A DNA stretch of 64,000 bases, taken from assembly GCF_009914755.1 (NCBI RefSeq), contig NC_060927.1; one strand, written 5' to 3'. The notes beneath the pieces were generated by a model. The model did not search any database, had not been told where the DNA came from, and was given only the letters and a program-made list of their open reading frames with translations. Within the stretch, counting starts at the first letter, position 1, and every line of letters starts with the position of its first letter. The position numbers were made by a program, and so were the translations under genes. Shown piece after piece: positions 26,448-38,577 of this stretch. Origin of the DNA: the human T2T-CHM13v2.0 reference genome, Homo sapiens.

Positions 26448-26932
26448 CGCTGTAATCTGGTCTTATGTGATGTTTCAGGCGTATCTTGCTGTTGTTCAGG
26501 GAAAGCACGCCTACGGAGCCTCAGATAAACTTCTATTTTCTTGCCATTAGCACTCAAACCAAGTTGTTGACACCAGTCCCGCTAAGTGTCCCGACACACC
26601 TTATTAATGGGAGGCAAAGTGGTCGGCAAGGGAAGGGCTGGTATTTTGCACCAGCTTTTTGTGGAGCTGTAAATTGTTCATGTGTTTGAAGTGATGACCT
26701 TGATTATATTTCTTAGGCTTCTCCAGTTTGACATCAGAAGTTGAAGAAATACTTGGTTCCATTTGTTCCATATTTGGGTCATCTTTAACTGGCACCAGTG
26801 TCAAAATCACGCTTCCCTCATCAACTACTTCCCCCCTCAAAGAAATTCTTCTTGCTGCTATCCAAATTTGAGTCTGACATTTTCAGCAACACCCCTGTCT
26901 TGTCCACTCAGTGATACGATTTTTAAAAATTA

Positions 26933-27118
26933 GGCCGGGCGCGATGGCTCATGCCTGTAATCCCAGCACTTTGGGAGGCCTAGGCAGGTGGATTGCTTGA
27001 GTCCAGGAATTCAAGATCAGCCTGGGAAACATGGCAAGACCCCTGTTTCTACCAAAAAAAAATATAAAAATTAGACAGGCACTGTGGCGCGTGCCTGTAA
27101 TCCCACCTACTCGGGAGG
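26933..27118 (+). mobile_element. AluJ left arm plus start of right arm, no A-tail; probably part of the retrocopy 5' leader
   Basis: ggccgggcgcgatggctc...ggattgcttgagtccagg...ctactcgggagg then an abrupt end. Confidence 0.9.
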
Positions 27119-27124
27119 GTGTAA

Positions 27125-27620
27125 CTTTTCTTTTTCCCCTGGCCAGCAAAAGGTATTTTAGCTGGCTCAAGTATTTTATAGACCTCATTCCCCTATTTCC
27201 AGCTTCCCGTTATTATAGGTGAGAAGTGTGACACTGTCTCTTTTCTGTTTCTTGGTAATTAATGTTTTTCTCTTTGTATTAAAGGGTGCAAAAGGTTCTC
27301 TTTTTACCTGCTATTCAAGAATTTAATTTGGATGGGTTTAGGTATGTGACTTTCAGGAACCCCACGAGTTCTTTTTAAACCTCAGACCCAAGTCTTTTTC
27401 ACTCAAAGAAATTACCTTCTATCATTTATTTAATGATTCTCTCTTTCGTGTGTTCATTTTTCTCTTTCTCTTGCAACTCCTATTAGGTCTCCTGGATCTA
27501 GCCTCCTAGTCTCCTCTTTTGCCCTTAAGATTTCCACCTCTGTGTTTTTGTTCTATATTTGGGATATTCTTGCACTTGGCCTTCTCAGCCTGCTTTAATG
27601 TATCCAATGAGTATTTTAGT
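27125..27620 (-). mobile_element. HAL1/L1M fragment (host of the retrocopy; continues at about 25680-25745)
   Basis: T-rich tttagctggctcaagtattttatag...gtgagaagtgtgac...ctcctattaggtctcctggatct. Confidence 0.55.
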
Positions 27621-28251
27621 CAAAGCTCCAGGAAGTCTGTGTTTCTTTGTTTTTGTTTGTTTGTTTGTTTGGGATACTGTGGTTGAATGTCCTTCTTGCA
27701 CTTCTGCCCTGGCTGTCTATTCCAGCAGTGTGATTTCCATGAAGGGCTATTCGGCGGATGCTTCCTCTCCCTCTCACTGCCCACTGAGGCCCTGTAGATG
27801 CAGAGTTGTTTTTTTGTATCTGTTCTTTGAAGTTCAAGGCCAGCTTCTGGGGGTTCTTTCAGTGATCACAGTCCTGTGAGTGGTGGGAGGGATGGCCCCT
27901 GTGGGCCATTAGTGTAGCTGGATATAAGGGGTCAGTCCCAATTAAGGCACGGGAAGGAAGGAGGCCTCTCAGTCCCACCACGTCCCCACGTTCAGCTTCT
28001 CTTCAGCAATCTGAGACCAGGAAAGCCCATTCATGAATGCCAAGGTAGCCCTTTCCATGGGTCCACGAGTCTAAAGGAACCAAGCGCAGGGCCTGCCACA
28101 ATTACAGCCTCATCCCCAAGCTTTCCACCCACTGATTTACAGAGGAGAAATCCCCTCCCCAGCTCTCTTCACCGGGCCAAGATTTGAGTAGAGGGCCGAC
28201 AGGGCACCATGTAATGAAAATCTCTATCTCGCCCCCAGCCCTTTCATAGAC

Positions 28252-28403
28252 ATCCAGGACACCCTGGATCTACTGTCCCTGGCAAATGCCTCCTTAACTT
28301 CTGAGATGGTTTAACTCTTTGTTCTCCACATCTCAAATCCAAGACACCCTGGCGAATGCCTCCTTAACTTCTGAGATGGTTTAACTCTTTGTTCTCCACA
28401 TCT
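28252..28403. repeat. Local tandem duplication (57-bp core, period 70)
   Basis: ccctggcRaatgcctccttaacttctgagatggtttaactctttgttctccacatct at 28277 and 28347. Confidence 0.95.
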
Positions 28404-28527
28404 GATTTCTTTGGATGAGTCATTCAAAGTTATGTGCATTAATGACAGATCCTTGAACAATTAGATTCACTTTAAAATTGTGTTCATTGGGAAAACAACT
28501 GGGTGAAAAGGGCAGATTACAAAGCAC

Positions 28528-28551
28528 GTGTGTGTGTGTGTGTGTGTGTGT
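28528..28551. repeat. (TG)n microsatellite
   Basis: Directly visible. Confidence 0.9.
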
Positions 28552-31500
28552 ATCTCCCACATACACGGATATATCACATATACTCAGAAAAATGTTGGCA
28601 TGGACGAACACCAAATTGTTACCTGTAGATGATGAAGTTATAAATACTTTTATTGTCCGCCTTTTTCTTATCTAAATTGTGTAATATTTCTTGTTTATGA
28701 AAGATAAAAGAGCCTGTTCAATTGTTAATTCAGCAAAATGCATTACAAAATGTCATTTGACTCTTACAGGTATTTTCAGAGGGTGTGAGGAGGGAGATGG
28801 CAACTCCACCTCTTCGTCTCAGTGTCTGTCAATGAGAGCCCACCTTGAGAGCCCCACGCTCTCAGCAGGCTCACCAGGCTGTTAGTAACCGGTAGAGAAA
28901 AGGAGGAGCACAGACAGAAGCTTCCTGCCCAGAGTCACCCAGGACGGCCCCCGCCCAAGGATGGACCCCAGCCTGGAACTGGCTCCAGAAGCCAAGGTTA
29001 GACCCCTCTGATTTCCCAGGTGTCCCCAGTTGTCTAGTGCTGGCTTAAAGAGGCTGGACAGTCTCTCAGAGAAGAACCATTTCCAGGTGCCTGCTGAGTC
29101 TCCAGCACCAGGCACCAGCACTTAGCAGCCACTCGGGAAACTGGCTGAATGAATGATCTCACAGCCTCTCGGTTCACTTGATAAAATCAGACACATTAGT
29201 AGCTGTCATTGCTTACTCTTGGGCCGTCTTTGGATTTGCAATTCCATCTAGGTGAGGCGTCAAAATTTGAGTTGTATAGGAAGATTTCAGCTCAACAAAA
29301 GGATTCACAAAAGGATTTGTTTAGGAAGATTTCAGCTCCTGCTGGTTCACACAAGAGGCTTCCTTTCAAAGAGCTGAATTCCCTATCAGTGGGCATGGCC
29401 TAGAAGGGGCTGGCTATCTCCTGTCAGAGGCGATACGGAGGAGTTCCGTGCTGGCTATGAAGAGAGACCAGATGTGCTCTGAGCATCCCTCTAATTCAAA
29501 CTCTATGACAGATGCAATTCCTGGTTCAGAAATCTTACGCAAATTTGCCTCTTCCTTCCAAAAATATTCTTCAACCCTGATGTCATTCCTGTGCCTATTA
29601 AAACTCTCCTTTGAGGCAGCCAACTATGACTCAAGGGAAAGGTTGAGTGGGTCCTTGTGGCGACCATGAGAGCAGCAGGCCTCCCTGACCCAAGAAAGCC
29701 TCCTTGGAGCACCCTGGACTGGCCTGGGATCAGTTAAGGAGAGTTTTACGGAACTGTGTCCTGGTCTGCTCCACAGGTATTTGAAGGAACAAATCCCAAG
29801 GAAGACATATTGTAGGACAGGTGATATTTAAAGTATTAACCAGAGATACAGAAGCACTAGCCACTCAGAAATGTTGTGACACCAGAGACATGACACAGAG
29901 CAGGATCTGCAGGTCCTCTGCATCTGCTTACTGGATTGTGGGGAGGTTCCAGGGTGGGGGCCGGGCAGCCAGTGCAGCAGGGCTGTGCTTGAGAAGCTAA
30001 GAGCAGCAGCCAGTTACCAACCGGCTCAGAAGGCTTTCAACAGTTGAAGAGCCAGAGTGGCCACACCAGCTAGAAATCAGCCTGGCTCTCCAACCACTTC
30101 TGAGCAGGCTGACCTTCTGGCAGAGGCTGCAGCCCCGTTCCTGCAAGCCACATTTTATGGAGTTCTTTTATTAGTCTCTCATGTAACCCATAGCCACATC
30201 ATAAAATTAAACACCCCATTCTGTACATCAAGTCCACTGACTTCTTGAGCCCTGATTAGCACTGGGCTTTTCCCTCTGGGAGTTCTATTAAAGTAACATT
30301 ATAACGGACAGAAAAGGAGTCTTTGCTAGGAGCAGCCAAATCCGCAGACTGACTGAGCTTCTGCTGGAGTCACCATGTGGCACAGCGTGTCCTCCTTTAT
30401 CGGAAGCGCCTTTGCCAGCTTCCTATCCATCGCTCTCTGCCTCTTTCATTCCTACCCCTCCCCATCCTTCTGTGGTAATCCCTCCCCCCTCCCAAGCTCC
30501 TTCCATCTCCTAAGATGACTTAATGCCATGAGTGGTTAAATGCTTGCCTGGAGTCACTGTCAGGGTAGCCCCAACTCACCCCTGAGAATATATTTAGCCT
30601 GTGGGTAATCGCCCAGTTGGAGAGGTTATCTTTAGCCTGGCAGAGGTTGGGAGTCAATCTGGGCCATGATATGAACAGCAGAGGGAGGAGGGAAAGGAAA
30701 GGAAACGAATACTCCAGAGTCTACAACAGCAGCACTCAAGTGTACTCAGGTGGTGGAGAACTAAAAGTCGAAGTGTGCTTCCTGAAACGTGAGGCTCTTC
30801 CGGGAACACCCTGGAATAATGGTCTGCTTCATTCCATCCCATGAACTAAGAACAATTTTAATAGCAGAAAATATGGCTGCATTATGAGCAGACAGTATAA
30901 AACCACAAGCACACATGTTCTTTAAAAAAAAAAAAAAGCCACAAACTCAGCATGATTGGTGGTTTTCAAGCTTTCCCATTCATATCTGTTTACTACTTCT
31001 TCATTAGTTTTGTTGCCTGCAGGTGCTAAAGGTTTAAAATGGAAGAACATGCATGGAAAAAATTTACATGGAAAAATTATATTACCTGAGTTAGGGAAAA
31101 GACCACTACTATTTGATTTTCAAGGTGGAACGCCTCAGTCCACCTCAGAATACCAAGGGCTGAGCTTGAAAAGCTCCAGGACCTATTTCTAAACTATTCA
31201 AGAAAGACCGTGCACTTTCCCTCAGGGCACAGGAGTAACTTTCCTTAACATCGTCCCTCCTTTCCACTCACTAAATCTTCCCTGTTATTGTTTATATCCA
31301 TGGCCTCTTGGTTGACCTTCCTTATAGAACAATCGATTAGAATATTTTTTCAAAACAACTGAATACTCGCTAGTTACGATTAGAGGGAACCTAGGTCCCA
31401 GTGTGAACCAAGGCCAAGAAGCCTCCGGGGGTGGGGAGGGACTCGCTCTGTAGGGAAGGAGACCCGCCAGGCCCTACCCCAGTCAAACAGTCCTGCTCTT

Positions 31501-33457
31501 TGGAGGGGAAGAGCAGTTCATTCTGAGCGTCCCTCGGCCAGACATATCCGAGTTCTGTGAAGAGCAGCAGGACCAAAAGGGAAATTGGGAAAGACCATCT
31601 TGCTGAGGTCTTTCAGGAAATCAGAGCACAGATGGTAGAGCTTTGGGACTGAAAGCTCACACAGAGGGAAGAGGGTTGAATAATCTTTTTTTTCCCCCCA
31701 GATTCCCCAGAGCTTTCACTCCAGGGTGCCAGAGGGTGCCCGGCAGGAGCAGGCCCCTGGGAACTCCCAGGACAACCCAGAGGCAGTCCAGACAGCTGGG
31801 AGTCCTTTGCTGCGGGCAGGCTCCGGGTACAGTGCCCCTCAGAAGATCATCCCTACTCAGGTGGTGAGGCCTGGGGAAACTCAAGTTACTTTACCATGTA
31901 CTTCAATAAGTGAGTCATCTCTTAGCCTTTTCTTCCCTAGATTGAATGATGCTCGTTCCATCAACTGGTTTATTAAACGCACCCTTTATTTCGCCATTAT
32001 ATGAGTGCATTTTGGTCCTCTGTTCAACTAGAAGTTACCTTATTTGTCTCTACCAGTGTACAGCACAGTAACCAACAAGTCGGACATTTACGAATACTTT
32101 AACAAGAATCGACCCAACAAATAATTTCCAGATCTCTATCAGTTATGCTCCTTACCATCCATCTTGACAGTGTACTGGCACTTACTACAATGGCCTAACA
32201 TTTCCTATATCATTTGTGACTAACCGTGCATCCTTAGATCATTTTTCCACCACCCTTGAGTCAGACTAGCCTTTTTCCAGGTAATATTTGAGATATCCAA
32301 ATTTTATTACTCCACACTTTTAATTACTGAATGTCATTCAGAATGTGCAAGAGTAGTCTTCTAGTTCTCAAGTTCAATGGGCCTTATATCCCTTTTCCAG
32401 AGTGCCAACAACTGTAACAATGTCATCAACACCTGCAACTGTATTCAGTTCACAACAGCCTCATTAAGTCATCATAAGAAAATATAGAAATATTGCATAT
32501 GCATGCATGTAGCATCTCTGGGAAAAGAAACTTTTAATGACGGCTGCACCTGTGGAAGGAGATGAGTTGAGAAGTTGGTGGGAGGCAGAACGTTCACTGT
32601 ATACGTTTTTGAATCATTTTAATTTTTAGATCATGTGCATGTATTACTTTTTCAATTAAACTTTTTAAAAACTAGCTCTAAACAAACAAACAAAAAATAA
32701 CAAAGAAAAAGACACAGCCCTGATCCCCTGGGCACTGGCCCTGACGGCTGCCTAGAGTTGATATTATACCCTATGGTGTCAAATGTCTCCTGTGTCACTG
32801 GCCCTATGGAATGCCTCACTGAATTCAAGATGGACTATGCAGTGACCTGCCTGGTTCCTGGCCCTCACAGCCCTCTCCCCGATAACTAGGGCAACATGAC
32901 TTCCGCTTGTTGACTCAACGCTAGGCCCAAGCCCCAGGACTAATCCTGTTCCCAGTCTGGAGAGATTTGACGGGCTAGCAGCTTGGGTTACTCTGTCTCA
33001 ACCCACCTGGTTGCTGGCAGTGTCCTGCTCTTCGTGCTGTCTTGGCAGAGAGTGGTCCAGACCTTGTCTGGTGGAGACACACATCTCCATTTTTAGCTTG
33101 CTTGATTGTGAAATTTATCAAGGGGTAAAGAGGAGACAATAGATACCTATTCGATCACAGCCTTCCCACTCTCCTCCATTTATTCACCAAATGCGGTTAC
33201 TAAGAACCTTCTATGAGTAGGATACTAAACCAGCCTGGGCAGAAGCAAGTAAGAAGCAAATGAGTATACCAGTGCTCTCCAGGAACTCACAGTCTAGTAA
33301 TAAACACTAATGGGCTGGGTGCAGTGGCTTATGCCTATAATTCCAGCACTTTGGGGGGTCAACTTGGGAGAATCACTTGAGGCCAGGAGTTCAAGACCAG
33401 CCTGGGCAAAAGAGTGAGACCCATCTCTACAGAAATAAATTTATTTTTAAATTAAAC

Positions 33458-34115
<658 letters not shown>

Positions 34116-34153
34116 AAATTAGCCAGGCATGGTGGCACACACCTGTAGTCCTA

Positions 34154-34315
<162 letters not shown>

Positions 34316-34526
34316 TCAAGAACTTTAATGCAAACAGGCAGGTGTGAGGGAAGAGAGAGGAAAGGATTGCTTTCAATCACCGGCAGCAAGATAAGGAGCA
34401 GTCCAGGAAAGTTTTCAGAAGGGGATGACATTGCTATTAAGACTTACGAGCTGAAGGGAATTCAGTAGCTGCAGATAGAGCCTTTCAGATCGAGGAGGTG
34501 GCCCGCGAAGGGGATTCCACTGTCAC

Positions 34527-34629
34527 AAAACATAAAGGCTCTGCACTTCCGTTCCCCACTCCTCGGAGAAGGAGGGTAAAACACGAAGGCTCTGCACTTC
34601 CGTTCCCCCACTCCTCGGAGAAGGAGGGT
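34527..34629. repeat. Two-copy 51/52-bp tandem duplication
   Basis: aaaacaYRaaggctctgcacttccgttcccc(c)actcctcggagaaggagggt twice. Confidence 0.95.
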
Positions 34630-34709
34630 GAGAAGAGCTGGGCCCTCAGAACCCAGGACCACATAAGAAGTTTTTTCTGTTTAAGACAGCCTTCTTCTCC
34701 ACTATTTGT

Positions 34710-35220
34710 CTGGTAAATACCTCGTCTTCAAGCCCCAGCCTAAGGACGCCTCCTCCGGGAAGCCCACCATGACTTTTCCAGGCAGGGTTAGTTGTCCTGT
34801 CTGCTGCACTCCTACTACCCTCTGTTCTAGAGAGTTAGGGAAATTTAGAAGTTAGGCAAACAGGCTCTGCCACCATTCTGCCTGAGTTCAAATCCTTGCT
34901 CAGCCACTGCGTTGCTGAGACATCTGAAGCAAGGTACTCCCCTCTCTGGGCCTCAGTTTTACCATCTGTTAAACGGCGTAACGATGGCACTGTCCTCCTG
35001 AAGTCACCGTGAGGATGAAACAAGGCAATGTCCCTAAACCAAGTGCCTGCCGTAGTGTCTGCTCTTGTTACTCATAACCATGGGCTGCTCTTACTGGACG
35101 GTGCTTGTGACCGCAAGAACCCTAAGGGCCAGGGCTATTCATCTCTGAATCTCTCTCTGCAGTGTTTAGAGGTGCTGTCCACAAGTCAGGTGTTCAATTT
35201 CTATCTTCTGAAGGACTGAA
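34710..35220 (+). mobile_element. L2 3' fragment with an inserted MIR (about 34835-35075)
   Basis: cctcctccgggaagccc (L2); gagttcaaatccttgctcagccact...ctctctgggcctcagttttaccatctgttaaa (MIR). Confidence 0.7.
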
Positions 35221-35376
35221 CAAAACATGGCTATGAAAAGGGACAAAATGAATCAAGCCTTAATGCAAAGACACAGTAAATGCAGGTGAAATGACGGGAA
35301 AGGAGAAAGGAATGTAGGAAAGTAAATGGGGGAGAGGAGACGGTGCACCGCCTTCAGAGGAGAAAAATTCCTATTA

Positions 35377-35670
<294 letters not shown>

Positions 35671-35689
35671 TCATCTCTTAACGTGGGGA

Positions 35690-36560
35690 CTTGCCCATTT
35701 ATATTTGGACGGTATTTTTCTCTGGCTGTCCCACTTCCCGGGGCCTTGGAGCTCCCTCCCCCGCAGGGCGGCTTCTCTCCTCCTCCTCCCTCCTCCCTCC
35801 CGCTCCCAGGGGAAGGGCCGCGGCCGCAGCCCTGACCTCGCCTCCCACGCGGGCCAGCAGCCGGCCAGCCCGCGGGCGGGGCAGGAAGGGGGAGCCGAGG
35901 CTCCGGGCACCCGAGATCCTTAACTGCAGCTTCCAAAGCCCTGGCTGATCCTAATCAGTGTGGGAAAGGAGCGCCGGGCCCAGCCCGCCGGCCGGAGACG
36001 CCGCCTCTTTTCATAAACTTTATCGCCGCGGTGCACAGCCGCTGATAAAGCACCATAAATAAACGAGCGGGCGGGAGTGCGCGGCTGTCTGGAGGCTGCC
36101 GGAGCGCACGCCCTACCTCGGCCCTGCAGCTCCCGGGGGAAATGAATCACACGCCGGGCTGCAAAGAGCAGCATGTTCTCCTCTCCAGACCAAGGCCGTA
36201 AATAATAATGCGTTCTTTCCCTACGTGGAGACCCTCACCTTTTGTCTTGTGCATTCCGTAAAAAGCTCAGGAGTTTCCTTCCGGCTGCCTGGCCTCCCCT
36301 CCTTGCCCCGGGGGGTTAGGAGTGCTCTGTTCTGACTTAGGCGTTTCCCTAGGGTGGAGCTCCTGGGCCTGGGTTGGGCCTGGGCGTGTGGCTCCGTGAT
36401 CGTAAGTCCCCTCTGGCTCTTGCACAACAGACCGAGGCTGGAGCAGGGCAGGGAGGCCGCAGTGGGGCCTGGGTTAGGAGGGGGGTGGTTTGACATCTCT
36501 AGTGGTAAGTGATGGTGAGCCCGGTTCCCGCCGTGGTGGCCACGGACATGTGTGGTGGAT
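35690..36560. promoter_or_regulatory. CpG island / probable bidirectional promoter-enhancer
   Basis: Clearly the most CpG-dense non-Alu segment in the window (core 35760-36160); GC boxes; outward-facing splice donors at 36238 (-) and 36402/36505/36515 (+). Confidence 0.85.
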
Positions 36561-36864
36561 AGCCTGCTGCAGCTGAGTCATCGAGGAACCCTGGGTACAG
36601 CTTATTCAGAGGCCAAGGGAGAGTGCATACCCTGATCACAAAGAAAGAAGACTTTGCCCCACTTGATGGCGTGTTCAGCAGGCCGCATGATCCGTGTCCC
36701 TTAGCTGTTGAAGTTTTGACTTGGGGGGTGCCCGAAGTTAATCTATGGTACAATTTTGGGGAGTAGAGTTTGAGGATGATTCCATGAACATGAAACAATC
36801 TAGAAAGTCAGTGGTGTGTGGAACAGCCCAAAGCAGGCCAGCTCCGCCACAAGGTCCAGTCTCT

Positions 36865-36985
36865 AACCCAACCCTGCTGCCACTCAGCTCTGTGGCCTCG
36901 GGCAGCCACTGCCCTTCTCTGAGCCTCAGTTTCCCCATCCTTCTAATGATCTCTAAAGAGATCTTCCAGCTCTTCTGCTCACTTA
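36865..36985 (+). mobile_element. MIR
   Basis: ctgccactcagctctgtggcctcgggcagccactgcccttctctgagcctcagtttccccatc. Confidence 0.8.
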
Positions 36986-37543
36986 GTGAGAAATAACATC
37001 CTTGCTATAAATTCTTCCATTTCCGAGGTGTCCCAGCACAGGCCCCTCTGAAGAAACACTGTAATGTCCACTTAGAAGAAACCAGGGCGTGGGCCATTTC
37101 TGTAACTGACACCTCGTTAGCGAGATTAGCACTGGAAATTACCTCCTGGGGAGTTTACAGAGGTTCAGGAGCCCTCTAGCCAGAATAAAGTCAGCTTGTG
37201 AGGTAAAAAGATTTAAAAATAAAATCCAGTACTTGATTACAGCATTAGGTCAGTGTTTCTCTGCGCCCCAAGGATAAGCTCCATGGTGGCTGGGGTTCTG
37301 CTTCCTGTGAGAAGGATTGGCTGGCTTGAAACATCTCATCCCCAAAAGTCAAATGTTTCCTTTAGTGGGAAGCAGGGCCGGGAAGGAAGGAACTTCTGGT
37401 TGCAGCTCTAGAGAGTGGAATCTAGGAGTCCTGATAGATTATTTATGGTTCAGCACTCCTAGAGAGTGTGGATTTTGGGAGCTGACTCCTCCAGCCATAG
37501 CCAACAAGAGCCGATCACTCATGAAATAGAAATGAACAATGGC

Positions 37544-37873
<330 letters not shown>

Positions 37874-38415
37874 CTAGTACCCATTTCTGACACCACATGT
37901 CCCAGGAAACATGTGGCCCCAGACAGCCTTCATTTCCTGCTCTCCGGACAGAAGGCCACTCAGTCTTGTTTCCTTTATTTGCATAATGTCAAGAAAAATG
38001 AGTCACACCAGATTGTCATGTGTTAAGTAATATTGGCAAAGGTTTCCAACTGAGTTTAGAGTTGATTTCTTACCAAGGAACAATCACTCACTCTATTGCT
38101 GATTTATTACGATGTGAATGTGATCATTCTCTGAGTCTCAGTTTTCCATCCATGAATCCTTGTGATTTTTAATTTTTCATGTAGGACTGTCACGAGAAGT
38201 AAGATTTTTAAATTTCCAGAACAGAAATAGGTAAGGGAAACATCTAAGTGTGACTCCTCCAAAATCACTCTTGCTTCCAATTTTGTCTGCTGTTATGGAG
38301 GTCAGCAACTAAGGGAAAAAAAGGAGAAAACACATTAAAAAAAAAAAAGCCTGAATGTAAAAATAATTGGACTAACCTGCCAATTATTTTACAAAGAAGA
38401 GAAGCCCTAGTGTAG

Positions 38416-38577
38416 TGGTCCTGAAACTTTCAGAGTCACAGAGCTTTGTAGAATCTGATGAAAATCACATCCCCCACGCTCCTATGGAGATACAAATATA
38501 TACTTGTCTTTGCAGGTCATTTCAGGTGTTCAAAGACCCCCTGAAGCCCCACCTAAGGGTCCTGTTAAGAACCTCTG
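38416..38577. mobile_element. MER103-like hAT-Charlie element (second copy at about 39265-39415)
   Basis: gagtcacagagctttgtagaatctgatgaaa...atttcaggtgttcaaagaccccctgaagccc...gttaagaacctctg. Confidence 0.65.

Larger units (their letters stand above)
25750..27120 (-). pseudogene. DPPA2P3: Processed (intronless) pseudogene of DPPA2, developmental pluripotency-associated 2; CDS remnant 26880 to 25968
   Basis: Minus strand reads [13 protein letters not shown].. [20 protein letters not shown].. [21 protein letters not shown] (SAP domain).. [16 protein letters not shown].. VRWCVVHGR.. [33 protein letters not shown], which I recognise as DPPA2. No introns; AATAAA at 25767-25762; frameshifts and a TAG at 26584-26582. 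Parent gene identity is strong; the paralog number P3 is from memory only. Confidence 0.95.

Noticed and set aside
26604-26840. 78-aa ORF resembling the DPPA2 N-terminus
   Set aside because: Starts at TTG and lies between frameshifts; it is a pseudogene fragment.
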